64,000 bases of DNA from a virus (lineage: Duplodnaviria > Caudoviricetes), in IMG/VR virus record IMGVR_UViG_3300012232_000003, positions 788 through 64,787 of that record, one strand, 5' to 3'. Positions within the stretch are counted from its first letter, which is position 1. Each line of letters starts with the position of its first letter. Made by a program: the position numbers and the translations under genes. Shown here in pieces: positions 15,233 to 24,456 of the stretch. Under the pieces are notes generated by a model. That model searched no databases. It was not told the origin of the DNA and was given only the letters and a program-made list of their open reading frames with translations.

Positions 15233-17349
15233 AGCGCAGGTATCGCAACCTCAATCAACTACCCCTGGAGTTGAATGACCTTGACTCATCGTGGGTAGCT
15301 CGAGAGCTACCTGACCTGCACGGTCCTCAGGTGTGGGACCTCGAGACGTTTGATCCGTATCTCAAAAGCCTTGGTCCCGGCTGGGCTTTCAAAGACCGCA
15401 AGAAGTATGGCTATGTTGCAGGGTTTTCAGTCGCGGCTGACAACGTTCCCGACGGTCTTTATGCTCCCATTAGACACGAGGGTGGTGACAACTTAGCTGA
15501 GGATGCTGTACTACGATGGGCTCGTTGTCAGCTCGCCAAGCCGGTTCCCAAGATCTTCGCCCATGCATCATATGACCTAGGCTGGTTGCATACCGAGGGT
15601 CTCGACGTCAAGCCCGAACATGTCGAGGATATTCAGATCCAGGGACCGCTACTTGACGAGTATCGTTGGGGCTACTCGCTCAACGCATTGTCCCTCGAAC
15701 ACCTTCACGAGGGCAAGGACGAGGAAGGCCTTGAGAAAGCACTCATCGCTTTCGGTTTCATCGATAAGGGAAAGCCAGATAAGGGCGGGCTCGCCAAGCT
15801 GCCAGCACGATACGTAGGAACCTATGCTGAAGCTGACTCGCGACTCACTCGTGGTGTATGGAACATACAGCGAGAGCTCATAAAGGCTGAGGACCTGACA
15901 CAGGTCTATGAGCTTGAATGTAAGATGATCCACGTGCTCGTGGCGATGCGAGAACGTGGTGTTCGTATCAATCAAGACCGCGTCGAGCAGCTCATTAAGC
16001 AATGGAAAGCTGAGATGCAGGAGATGATCCTGCGCGTATATCAGTGGACCAACATACCCATCAGCGCCTGGGATAGTAAAAGCATCTCCGAGGCATTGAA
16101 ATATTGTGGGATCGACGCGCTGAAAACAACCAAGGGAAAAGACAGCATTGTCGCTGAGTGGCTTGAGGGATTTAATGACCATGAGAACGAGAAAGTTCGC
16201 GTGGTCACTAAGGCCATTAGTCGACTTCGCAAGCTGGACAAAGCTGTCAACACCTTCCTCAAGAACTTCTTTATCGATCATCTTGTTGACGGCCGGGTAC
16301 ATGTACAGTTCAATGCCCTTAGGTCTGATGAGGGTGGTACTATCAGCGGGAGGTTGAGCTCATCAGACTTTAACGTGCAACAGATACCAATCCGCGACGA
16401 GGAGATCGGGCCAATCATACGCTCATGCGTAGAACCCGAAGAGGGAAAGAAGTGGTTGGCTGCTGATTATGCCAGTCAAGAGCCTCGTCTCACGGTTCAC
16501 TGGGCAGTGAAGGCTGGCTTCCATAGCGCAATCGAAGCAGCCAAACAATATCGGGATAATCCTGAAACAGACTACCATCAATGGATCGCTGAGATCTGTG
16601 GCATACCCAGACGACCAGCCAAAACGATCAACCTTGGTGTAGCCTATGGTATGGGTGGACCCAAGCTCTGCAGGTCCCTGGGCTTGCCCACCGCGTGGAT
16701 CATGAAGACTCTTCGTGACGGTACAACCCGTGAGATCGAGATAGCTGGTCCTGAGGGTCAAGCAATCTTAGACAAGTACAATCGCGGCGCGCCTTTCATT
16801 ATGAAGCTATACAACATGGCCAAGACCCGCGGACAACAGAAGGGTTTCATTCGCACACTGTTCGGTCGCAAATGTCGCTTCCGCAAAGGACCGATGGGAT
16901 GGGAAGACGCACGTGTTGGTTTGAACAAGCTCATCCAGGGAAGTGCCGCCGATCAAATGAAAGCAACGATGATCAAACTCTTCTACGAGTATGGCATCGT
17001 GCCAATGGTCACCGTGCACGACGAGCTGGGCTTCAGCGTCCAAGATGTACATGAGGCCCGTGGCATTATAGAGATTATGGAGAACGCAGTTCAGCTCGAA
17101 GTCCCCACCGTGGTCGACCTCAAGCTTGGGCCAAATTGGGGATCCGTAAAGAAGGTACCACGGCCACAGGCGTGTAACCTTCTCTACCGATCGATCGTTC
17201 TGTTAAGAGATCGCAAACAGGTGTATGATATCCTGGCCCAACCAGGAGAACGTCGTGCCCCGAAAGCTAAGTCAAAAGCAAGCCGAGGTCGTCCGCCAAA
17301 AGCTGGCAAGGTCGGCACTCGGAAAACCCGCGCACGTAAGCGAGCGTGA
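15229..17349 (+). CDS. polA: DNA polymerase family A with 3'-5' exonuclease
   Basis: Exonuclease motifs DLET, HASYD and YAEAD; polymerase motifs ADYASQEPR, RRPAKTINLGVAYGMG and TVHDE. Confidence 0.93.
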   Translation: MKRRYRNLNQLPLELNDLDSSWVARELPDLHGPQVWDLETFDPYLKSLGPGWAFKDRKKYGYVAGFSVAADNVPDGLYAPIRHEGGDNLAEDAVLRWARCQLAKPVPKIFAHASYDLGWLHTEGLDVKPEHVEDIQIQGPLLDEYRWGYSLNALSLEHLHEGKDEEGLEKALIAFGFIDKGKPDKGGLAKLPARYVGTYAEADSRLTRGVWNIQRELIKAEDLTQVYELECKMIHVLVAMRERGVRINQDRVEQLIKQWKAEMQEMILRVYQWTNIPISAWDSKSISEALKYCGIDALKTTKGKDSIVAEWLEGFNDHENEKVRVVTKAISRLRKLDKAVNTFLKNFFIDHLVDGRVHVQFNALRSDEGGTISGRLSSSDFNVQQIPIRDEEIGPIIRSCVEPEEGKKWLAADYASQEPRLTVHWAVKAGFHSAIEAAKQYRDNPETDYHQWIAEICGIPRRPAKTINLGVAYGMGGPKLCRSLGLPTAWIMKTLRDGTTREIEIAGPEGQAILDKYNRGAPFIMKLYNMAKTRGQQKGFIRTLFGRKCRFRKGPMGWEDARVGLNKLIQGSAADQMKATMIKLFYEYGIVPMVTVHDELGFSVQDVHEARGIIEIMENAVQLEVPTVVDLKLGPNWGSVKKVPRPQACNLLYRSIVLLRDRKQVYDILAQPGERRAPKAKSKASRGRPPKAGKVGTRKTRARKRA

Positions 17350-17596
17350 CGTCGAGGTCATCCAATCGCCGGATCACTTTCGTATCCTCGTGTATGATAC
17401 ACGACTGCCTGATGGCCGGTGGGATCTGCAGGTTAGCACAGGCCAAGAAGCCTGGGCCATCCTGCTGATGATGGTGCCTAGTGCGAGGGACCGAGCCCTC
17501 GTGTACGCTGTCAAAGGCGACCGCCAAGCGCTGGTTCCCAAGAGCCGGTATGAGTTCTTGTTTCTCCAGCCAAAACCAACGATAACACTTCCTTAA
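17255..17596 (+). CDS. Hypothetical protein
   Basis: GTG start after GGAG; overlaps the polA tail. Confidence 0.55.
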   Translation: MPRKLSQKQAEVVRQKLARSALGKPAHVSERDVEVIQSPDHFRILVYDTRLPDGRWDLQVSTGQEAWAILLMMVPSARDRALVYAVKGDRQALVPKSRYEFLFLQPKPTITLP

Positions 17597-17598
17597 CG

Positions 17599-17614
17599 TT
17601 TTTGGCCTAAAATT
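17599..17614 (+). promoter_or_regulatory. Shared 16-mer TTTTTGGCCTAAAATT, copy 1
   Basis: An identical 16-mer occurs at 23119-23134; the core is near-palindromic. Confidence 0.55.
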
Positions 17615-17654
17615 GTACGGTGCGGTTCTACGCACTCAACAAGGAGACTGACAC

Positions 17655-18176
17655 ATGAACACGTTCATCGGAAATGATCCCAACGACTATACGGTCCCGA
17701 CGCTCCTGGGGATGCTCAACGAGCACCTCGAGGCTCAAGGCAAGAAGCCTCGCAAGGGGTGGTGGGAATCCAAGGTCAAGCTCTTCGAGCTTGTGAACAA
17801 GACGCTCGAGGAAGCGGCCGAAGGCACAGCTCCACCAGTCGAGGATTACAACGGTCATGTTGCTCCGGTGACCAATGGTCACGCAGCTGAAGGCATGCGG
17901 CATCACCTCAACTACGACGAGGCGATCAAGTTCATCCGCAAGCATCGCCGCCGCCGTCACATCTATGTGCGCATCGAAACGACGGTGACTGCCGAGGGAG
18001 GCTCGCCCTACCAGATGGCAGGCTACCTGCGGTCGAGTGCCAAGCAGGCACGTGCCTTCGTGGCGACACTCATCGGCGATGAACATCGCAAGAAGATGGG
18101 TCACACCTGCGAGTTTCGGATCGAACCAAGCGACGTCGTGCCGAAGGGCAAGGACGGCGTGATGTTCGTCGGCTGA
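17655..18176 (+). CDS. Hypothetical protein
   Basis: A 173-aa ORF preceded by GGAGACTGAC. Confidence 0.7.
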   Translation: MNTFIGNDPNDYTVPTLLGMLNEHLEAQGKKPRKGWWESKVKLFELVNKTLEEAAEGTAPPVEDYNGHVAPVTNGHAAEGMRHHLNYDEAIKFIRKHRRRRHIYVRIETTVTAEGGSPYQMAGYLRSSAKQARAFVATLIGDEHRKKMGHTCEFRIEPSDVVPKGKDGVMFVG

Positions 18177-18841
18177 TGGAGGAACCAGTGAGCAATAAGA
18201 CCGTCACGATCAACACGCCAACACTCCAGCTCGTTCATGAGCTGGAGACAGCGTACAAGTACTTCAACCGGTTCTTGTTCGAGAACAAGTTGAAGCCGTG
18301 CCTGATCCTCATGCACCGCAAGCGCAGTGCCTTGGGCTACTTCTGGGCAAAGCGTTGGCAGCAAGGAGAGGAGGAGAATGCGCAAGTGTTTCATGAGCTG
18401 GCGCTGAACCCTGATCACCTGAAAGGTCGTCACATCAAGGACACCCTCTCGACTCTTGTCCACGAGCAAGTTCACCTCTGGCAAGAGGATTTCGGGAAGC
18501 CACCGAAGGGCCCCGGGCACAATAAGGAATGGGGCGACAAGATGGAGACCTTGGGCATCATGCCGTCCAGGACAGGACAACCTGACGGCAAGCGGACTGG
18601 TCGCCGGGTGACGCACTACATCATTGCTGGCGGACAGTTCGAGTCGGTTTGCGATGATCTCATCAAAACTGGCTTCACCCTATCGTGTGTCTCCTGGCCA
18701 CAGCTGAAGATCGCCAAGGCCAAGAAAAAGAAGATGACCTATGAGTGCCCTGGGTGCGAGGCCAAGGTCAGGGGCAAGGAGGGATTGCTTCTCGTCTGTG
18801 GAACTTGTTCCACTGATGAGGAGCAGGTAGCTTTCAACTGA
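18176..18841 (+). CDS. SprT-like zinc metalloprotease with C-terminal Zn finger
   Basis: LVHEQVH (HExxH), GHNKEWGDKMETLG, YECPGC...CGTC. Confidence 0.85.
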   Translation: MEEPVSNKTVTINTPTLQLVHELETAYKYFNRFLFENKLKPCLILMHRKRSALGYFWAKRWQQGEEENAQVFHELALNPDHLKGRHIKDTLSTLVHEQVHLWQEDFGKPPKGPGHNKEWGDKMETLGIMPSRTGQPDGKRTGRRVTHYIIAGGQFESVCDDLIKTGFTLSCVSWPQLKIAKAKKKKMTYECPGCEAKVRGKEGLLLVCGTCSTDEEQVAFN

Positions 18842-18862
18842 GCCTAGCTTTGGAACTGGATA

Positions 18863-18900
18863 ATGGGTCGCTGTTGAAGGCGACCCATCATTTGTTGTTT
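18863..18900 (+). terminator. Putative intrinsic terminator
   Basis: ATGGGTCGC-N8-GCGACCCAT followed by a T-rich tract. Confidence 0.5.
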
Positions 18901-19038
18901 ACTACCGTCGCCCGTCATGGTATGATCTGAGGGTCGCCCGTAGATTGTCAGTCTCCGGGCGATCCTCCCGCCGCGGTCTCGGACCCGGGCGCTTTCGTCG
19001 AGCAGCCTACGCGGCGGGAGGACGCTCCATCTAAGAAC

Positions 19039-19176
19039 ATGAGGAATGATCAATTGCAATCTGTTCCAGAAATGTTAATTAAAGCCTATGGTGATGAAGT
19101 GATTGTTTGGTGGGTATTGATCTGTTTAGCAATCATGATCGTAACACAGTTGATCAAACCGAGATCAAGTCAATGA
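19039..19176 (+). CDS. Small AT-rich membrane peptide (45 aa)
   Basis: Manual translation ...VIVWWVLICLAIMIVTQLI..., with an ATGA overlap with the next gene. Confidence 0.4.
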   Translation: MRNDQLQSVPEMLIKAYGDEVIVWWVLICLAIMIVTQLIKPRSSQ

Positions 19177-19448
19177 CCGTCTACGTCGACGACATGTATA
19201 AGTACCCTATGGGTCGCTACCGGCGCATGAAGATGAGTCACATGGTTGCTGACACTGAGGAAGAGTTACACGCCATGGCCAAGCAGATAGGCGTAGCCAG
19301 GCGTTGGTACCAAGGTGATCACTACGACATTTGCATGAACCGGCGCGTGCTTGCTGTCGCCAGTGGCGCAGTTGAGTTGACTATGATCCAACTAGGTCGT
19401 ATGGTAATCAACAAACGAAAAAGATCAGCATCATCACCTTCATGGTAA
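19173..19448 (+). CDS. DUF4031 family protein
   Basis: MTVYVDD...MSHMVADTEEELHAMAKQIG..RRWYQGDHYDI. Confidence 0.8.
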   Translation: MTVYVDDMYKYPMGRYRRMKMSHMVADTEEELHAMAKQIGVARRWYQGDHYDICMNRRVLAVASGAVELTMIQLGRMVINKRKRSASSPSW

Positions 19449-19458
19449 AGAGATAAAA

Positions 19459-20124
19459 ATGTCCAACGTCAAGCTCGTCTGGATCACACCCAATGCCGAC
19501 GACCTCGTCACCCGAATTGCTCGGGTTAGCAATCCCGCCGGCCAGGAAGCCAACGTTGCTCCTGAGAAGTTGATCTCGCACTTCCTCACCTCAGATCCAC
19601 CGCACTGGTCGCCGTTCGATATGGTCTGTGCGTGCCTCGAAGTCACTACGACCAGGGACATCGCACACCAGGCGATCCGCCATTGGAGCTTTCGGTTTCA
19701 GGAGTTTTCACAACGGTATGCGACCGTGGACCGTTTGCCTGAGTCACCATCTCGCGAAGCAAGGAAACAGGACAAGACCAATCGGCAGCACAGCCTCGAG
19801 CTTCCAGCCCACGAGCATTGGCTTCAAGAAGAGTGGGATATCAGGCAGCAGGAGGTACGTGCTGTCTCAGCCAAGGCTTACGATTGGGCCATAGACATGG
19901 GTCTCGCCAAGGAGTGTGCTCGAGTCGTGTTGCCCGAGGGTCTCACACCCACGCGCTACTACATGCAGGGCACCCTCCGTTCCTGGTTGACCTACTGCCA
20001 GGTGCGCACCCACATGAGCACACAGAAGGAACATCGTCTCATCGCCGAGGAGGCATCGATTGTCTTGCGATTGGCGGTGCCTATCATTTGGGAGGCTGCA
20101 GCACTTGCGGGAATGAGCATATGA
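19459..20124 (+). CDS. thyX: FAD-dependent thymidylate synthase ThyX
   Basis: IARVSNP, HWSPFDM, RHWSFRFQEFSQRY, AKECARVVLP, LRSW and TQKEH. Confidence 0.92.
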   Translation: MSNVKLVWITPNADDLVTRIARVSNPAGQEANVAPEKLISHFLTSDPPHWSPFDMVCACLEVTTTRDIAHQAIRHWSFRFQEFSQRYATVDRLPESPSREARKQDKTNRQHSLELPAHEHWLQEEWDIRQQEVRAVSAKAYDWAIDMGLAKECARVVLPEGLTPTRYYMQGTLRSWLTYCQVRTHMSTQKEHRLIAEEASIVLRLAVPIIWEAAALAGMSI

Positions 20125-20477
20125 GAACCATCGTCAAGACCGGTGTCGTACTGCTCATCAATGAATATGATCCATATTCAAGCGACAAGATACCGGCAGC
20201 TGAGCTTGGTGATGTTGGGGTCGGGAACAATTGCTTCACCATATATGGTGATATGCACGTGATAGGACAATGTGTTGTGCTTTATGTACCCAACGACCAA
20301 GTGCCCTGGCCCAAGGTACATGGCACACTGAGCCTTGTCGGAAAGTATTTCTACAGGCACGCTGAGCCCTACAGCACGATCGTACTCGAGGGACAGCGCA
20401 TCGCCGTCGAGCGAGACGCCCTTCACGAGATCGACCTCGAGACCTTTGTCCGCGCCGGTGGTCGGGTGCGTGTCTAG
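20121..20477 (+). CDS. Hypothetical protein
   Basis: A 118-aa ORF from ATG 20121, overlapping the thyX stop. Confidence 0.55.
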   Translation: MRTIVKTGVVLLINEYDPYSSDKIPAAELGDVGVGNNCFTIYGDMHVIGQCVVLYVPNDQVPWPKVHGTLSLVGKYFYRHAEPYSTIVLEGQRIAVERDALHEIDLETFVRAGGRVRV

Positions 20478-22173
20478 AGCCGAGACCATCGTCGAGCTCT
20501 TTCCTACCCACGGCGTGGTCCGTGGCAGGCTTGACTCGTTCATATTCAAGATAGCCAACGCACTCCCCGACAAGAAGGAGTGGAACCGTGGTCAGCTCAA
20601 GTTCGAATTGTCCGAGGGCAACCTTGTCCTGCTACGCGATAAGCTCGAACACGCCACGTGGAAGACCCACACCATCTCGCCAAAAAAGCGTGTGGTTCCC
20701 GACAAGAAGCTTCCACCTGATCTGATGAAGTTCAGTCGGCCACCACGTGAAGGTCAGGCTGAAGCCTTTGAGAAGTTGCGTCACCTCGATGGCGCAGCAA
20801 TCTTTATGGACATGGGGACCGGCAAGTCATACGTCGCCATCCATCTCGCAGCATGGTGGTGGGCTTCAGGTCTCATCAACCGTGTGCTGCTCATCGCACC
20901 CAGTGAAGTCGAGCGTCAATGGTTCACCGAGCAGTTGCCCAATAACGCACCACCCTGGCTCAACTGGTACGGGATCGCCACCAAAAAGAAACGGCTTGTT
21001 GAGAAGTGGATGAAGGGCCCCCTGGTCGATCGACCACATGAACTTGCATGGTGGTTCCTGAACTTCGAGAAGATCCAGCGCAAGGCTGGATATGAACGAT
21101 GCAAAGAATTTGTCGAAGGTGGCCAGACGTTGATCCTCGTCGACGAGTCCACTGGCATCAAAACCCCAAAGGCCAAGCAAACGAAGTACGTGACGCACCT
21201 CAGAGACGCGTCGCACAAACGACTCATCCTCTCGGGTCGTCCTACGACCAAGGGGCTCGAGGATCTCTTCTCTCAGTTCCGGTTTCTCAACAAGGACATC
21301 CTAGGGATCACCTCCTACACCGCCTTCAAGCGGCGTTACTGTCAGATGGGTGGGTGGGAAGGAAAGCAGATCGTTGGCTACCAAGACGTGGAGGATCTGC
21401 TCGCGAAGATCGAGCCCTACACGTTCACCATGCAGAAGACCAGCGAGTACCCATCCACGTATCGCACGCGACTGCACACGTTGAACCCCGAGCAGAAGCG
21501 CATCTACAAAGAGCTCAAGGCTGACCTCTTTGCTTGGGTAGGTGAGGCCAAGGTTGCTTTGATCCAAGAGGACCGCGAAAACTACAACGTGTACTGTGCC
21601 AACGCCGCCGTCGCCTTGGTACGCATGCAACAGGTCACCTGCGGATACATCCAGGATAAGGACGAGGATGGCAACAAGCGAGTCACCATCCTCAGCACCG
21701 TCAGATCTGAACTGACCGCTGACCTGGTTGAAGAGGCTGGTAATCAGAAGGTCATCATCTACTGTGCGTACCATCCTTGCATTGACCTGGTCTGCGAGGC
21801 GCTTGACAAGAGAAATATCAGATACATCGAAGTGTCGGGTCGAACCCGAAAAGCACGCAGTGATGACGTCGACCTCTTCAAAGCAGGCAAGGTTCCCGTG
21901 ATGGTTGGCACAGCAGCAACCGGAGGCATCGGCTTGGATCTCTCGGTCGCCTCGGTCACCATCTATTTCTCGAACACCAACTCGAGCGAAGACCGCGAGC
22001 AATCCAAGGCTAGGACCGATCGCATCGGGCAAACACGTGGCGTCACCTACGTGGACATCATCGGCTCGCCCGTGGACAAGAAGATCATTGAGTCCAACGA
22101 CGTGAAGAAAACCATCGGCGATCTCGTGATGAGCCTCAACCCAAAGGATCTCGATCTTGAAACCTTGGATTAA
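20470..22173 (+). CDS. SNF2-family (SF2) helicase
   Basis: MDMGTGKS, VDES, LSGRP, GGIGLDL and QSKARTDRIGQ. Start refined to GTG 20470. Confidence 0.9.
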   Translation: MSRAETIVELFPTHGVVRGRLDSFIFKIANALPDKKEWNRGQLKFELSEGNLVLLRDKLEHATWKTHTISPKKRVVPDKKLPPDLMKFSRPPREGQAEAFEKLRHLDGAAIFMDMGTGKSYVAIHLAAWWWASGLINRVLLIAPSEVERQWFTEQLPNNAPPWLNWYGIATKKKRLVEKWMKGPLVDRPHELAWWFLNFEKIQRKAGYERCKEFVEGGQTLILVDESTGIKTPKAKQTKYVTHLRDASHKRLILSGRPTTKGLEDLFSQFRFLNKDILGITSYTAFKRRYCQMGGWEGKQIVGYQDVEDLLAKIEPYTFTMQKTSEYPSTYRTRLHTLNPEQKRIYKELKADLFAWVGEAKVALIQEDRENYNVYCANAAVALVRMQQVTCGYIQDKDEDGNKRVTILSTVRSELTADLVEEAGNQKVIIYCAYHPCIDLVCEALDKRNIRYIEVSGRTRKARSDDVDLFKAGKVPVMVGTAATGGIGLDLSVASVTIYFSNTNSSEDREQSKARTDRIGQTRGVTYVDIIGSPVDKKIIESNDVKKTIGDLVMSLNPKDLDLETLD

Positions 22174-22417
22174 CCCGGACGTGTTACCCTCAGATGAACC
22201 GAGGGAGGACATCACCGTGAAGATCTACGACGAGCTCGCCAAGCGTTATGGCATCGATCGCGATACGATTAAGCACGCGTTCCATATGTTCAACTACCTG
22301 GGCAACGTACCGTACAACGAACGCGTGCGTCAAGTTCGTGCGTTCATCCATGATCAAGGTTACACCGGGTATCGGTGGACCGATCTCATCGACAACATCT
22401 TCAAGCACAGGGACTGA
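22157..22417 (+). CDS. Hypothetical protein
   Basis: An 86-aa ORF coupled to its neighbours. Confidence 0.5.
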   Translation: MKPWINPDVLPSDEPREDITVKIYDELAKRYGIDRDTIKHAFHMFNYLGNVPYNERVRQVRAFIHDQGYTGYRWTDLIDNIFKHRD

Positions 22418-22803
22418 TGAGCCGAGAACTCGACATCGCCTACCCACGCATCAAGCGCCAGTGGCCTGGGCTGGTTATCCGTCAGCACCAGCCCAGGATC
22501 AAAGGTTGGCCCGACTTCATCCTCATCGACGGCGAGGTCATCTTCGCTGAGGTGAAATGGATCAAGAACGTTGGACATCGTCCCGTTCTTGATCCAACCC
22601 AGGCACATTGGCTTGAGGAGCTTCGTCGCAACGGTGCGATCGCATGCTTGCTCGTGGGTCATCCGGATGGCTGGGTTGCGTGGCAACAAGATTTCCAACG
22701 CTTCACCAAAGCGTTCAACGACACCGACTTGCCAAATGCCAACTGGTCTGGTAAGATGCTGGCAGAGTTCAGTACCCACATCTTATGGGAAAGACTGCAA
22801 TGA
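22417..22803 (+). CDS. PD-(D/E)xK nuclease, VRR-NUC/Holliday-junction-resolvase-like
   Basis: GWPDFIL...FAEVK...QAHWL, located next to the SNF2 helicase. Confidence 0.75.
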   Translation: MSRELDIAYPRIKRQWPGLVIRQHQPRIKGWPDFILIDGEVIFAEVKWIKNVGHRPVLDPTQAHWLEELRRNGAIACLLVGHPDGWVAWQQDFQRFTKAFNDTDLPNANWSGKMLAEFSTHILWERLQ

Positions 22804-23072
22804 TGTTCAAACCCTGTCTCCAAGTTCGTAATGATACCGATCCCAACTGGGGCGTCATCGCCTCCGGCTACATGCACTCGGTCAACGAGCTTCACCGGCT
22901 CCGCGACCGCTGGATGGCGTCAGGATATTTTGAGCCCGGTGCCAGCTTCCGGATCGTCGATTGGGACGTGGTATCCAACCGCATGGCCACCCTGGTCGTG
23001 GAACCCTATTTCGCCCAGGACGGCCCAAAGCCCTACCGGCAGGGGGTCTATGCCCGGGCCGGCTACCGCTGA
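22800..23072 (+). CDS. Hypothetical protein
   Basis: An ATGA-coupled ORF of about 90 aa. Confidence 0.55.
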   Translation: MMFKPCLQVRNDTDPNWGVIASGYMHSVNELHRLRDRWMASGYFEPGASFRIVDWDVVSNRMATLVVEPYFAQDGPKPYRQGVYARAGYR

Positions 23073-23118
23073 TCCTGGACCGTCCTAGAAGCCCGCAAAT
23101 CCATGTATTTTTATCCCA

Positions 23119-23134
23119 TTTTTGGCCTAAAATT
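23119..23134 (+). promoter_or_regulatory. Shared 16-mer TTTTTGGCCTAAAATT, copy 2
   Basis: Identical to 17599-17614 and located upstream of the cassette array. Confidence 0.55.
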
Positions 23135-23172
23135 AACGGTTCATTAACACTTTGATGATAGTCTGTATCCAT

Positions 23173-23400
23173 GGTAAGGCGGGACGGTGACCCGCAGTAA
23201 CAAGCCCCAGCTAGGCAATCACCCCTCGGCCGGTAGGCCGGTGCGATATCCACCCGGCCAGTAGGCTGGATCCGAACGCGGGGTGGCTTACTCAGCAGCG
23301 CACCGATCTGGTTTCCGGCGAGGAAGACAGAAACAGACTAGCAACTGTTTCTGGCTTACCGCTGTTGAGCCCACGTCAGAGGTGAGCTCAACCGCCGTGC
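23173..23400 (+). ncRNA. Candidate structured leader or non-coding RNA
   Basis: GGTAAG/CTTACC closes a region containing two sister hairpins (CGGCC-GGTA-GGCCG and CCGGCC-AGTA-GGCTGG) and CAGAAACAG/CTGTTTCTG. A further GTTGAGC/GCTCAAC hairpin follows. Confidence 0.35.
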
Positions 23401-23424
23401 GCCAGTAACCCAATGGAGACTGAC

Positions 23425-23634
23425 ATGACGACCTACACCGTTTTTCTCTACGGCCTCAACGCAACCTGCATCGACGTTCGCGATACTGACGACAACTACG
23501 TCGGTGCATTCAACCTAGCTCGCGGCGAGTTCGTAAAGATCAAAACCAACAAGAAGTTCAAAGCCTTCGCGAAGGCACTCAATCAAAAGCGCATCCCTCG
23601 CGACACGATGACCACGTTGAACGTAACCTTCTGA
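23425..23634 (+). CDS. Hypothetical protein (cassette array)
   Basis: GGAGACTGAC-ATG start. Confidence 0.65.
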   Translation: MTTYTVFLYGLNATCIDVRDTDDNYVGAFNLARGEFVKIKTNKKFKAFAKALNQKRIPRDTMTTLNVTF

Positions 23635-23679
23635 CACATCAGGGTGCCAGTGTAACCCCAACCCACGGAGACTGACATG
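23632..23679 (+). repeat. Intergenic cassette repeat, short form
   Basis: TGACACATCAGGGTGCCAGTGTA...ACGGAGACTGACATG. Confidence 0.7.
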
Positions 23680-24384
23680 ACACGTGAAATTGAAAACATC
23701 GCCAAGGTCGAGCACATGCACGTCCTGGTGAAAGCTTACGCCGAGACGACCCATGCCGAGTTCCTCAAGCGCATCGAGGATCGCAAGGCGAACCCCTTCG
23801 ACATGCTCGAGTGGGGCGACACACTCTTCGAGCTGGCAGCCAAGCATCGGTTCTATGCCAAGCTTACCTATCTCTTCGAGACGGTCATCCAACGCCGCGA
23901 GGAGGGCGACACCAAAATCCAAGTCGAGTGGACGCTCGAGCAGGTTCGCAAGTTCGTTTCCAACGAATTCCGCCACATCGCGGCTGTCAGCCGTTCGTCC
24001 AACCAATCACACAATCTCGTCAACGCTTACCTGTGCGACATCGTACGTTCCTTCCTCAACGACGATTGGAGCGCTGCCAAGTGGTTTCACGAAGCGCAGC
24101 GCCGCGACACTGAGTTCCAGTCATGGCAAACGATCAAGAACGAAGAGTATCACCAACAGCGCGTAGCTGCTGATCTCGAGGCAGCTCGCATCCGTGCAGC
24201 CAAGGAGACTGCAGTTCGTGATGCTCGTCGCAAGGTCAAGCGCTCCGTCAAAGCTGGCGTGACGCCTTCTGATCTCGACCTGCTCACCGCCTATCCCGGT
24301 GGCAGCCGCATCTTCGAGATTGACGACTTGGTTACAGCAGCCAAAAGACGTGCAATGGCCGAGCGTGGAGCTATCGGCATCTGA
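23677..24384 (+). CDS. Hypothetical protein (cassette array)
   Basis: A 235-aa ORF with a GGAGACTGAC-ATG start. Confidence 0.75.
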   Translation: MTREIENIAKVEHMHVLVKAYAETTHAEFLKRIEDRKANPFDMLEWGDTLFELAAKHRFYAKLTYLFETVIQRREEGDTKIQVEWTLEQVRKFVSNEFRHIAAVSRSSNQSHNLVNAYLCDIVRSFLNDDWSAAKWFHEAQRRDTEFQSWQTIKNEEYHQQRVAADLEAARIRAAKETAVRDARRKVKRSVKAGVTPSDLDLLTAYPGGSRIFEIDDLVTAAKRRAMAERGAIGI

Positions 24385-24456
24385 CACATCAAGGTGCGCA
24401 TCTTCGGGTGTGCACATTCATGTGCCAGCGTATTACCTCAACGGAGACTGACGATG
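24382..24456 (+). repeat. Intergenic cassette repeat with hairpin
   Basis: TGACACATCAAG-GTGCGCATC-TTCG-GGTGTGCAC-ATTCATGTGCCAGCGTA..ACCTCAACGGAGACTGAC. Confidence 0.85.

Noticed and set aside
17170-17349. Stop-codon reassignment as an explanation for long overlaps (polA tail, 9311 ORF)
   Set aside because: TAA, TAG and TGA all terminate clearly real genes elsewhere in the window.
21301-22215. Long antisense ORFs in the track (e.g. 21301-22215 -, 49459-50580 +, 51167-51922 +, 15649-16302 -, 29326-30039 -)
   Set aside because: They are shadows of highly biased sense genes (helicase, MCP, protease, polA, RNR), with no RBS or recognisable motifs.
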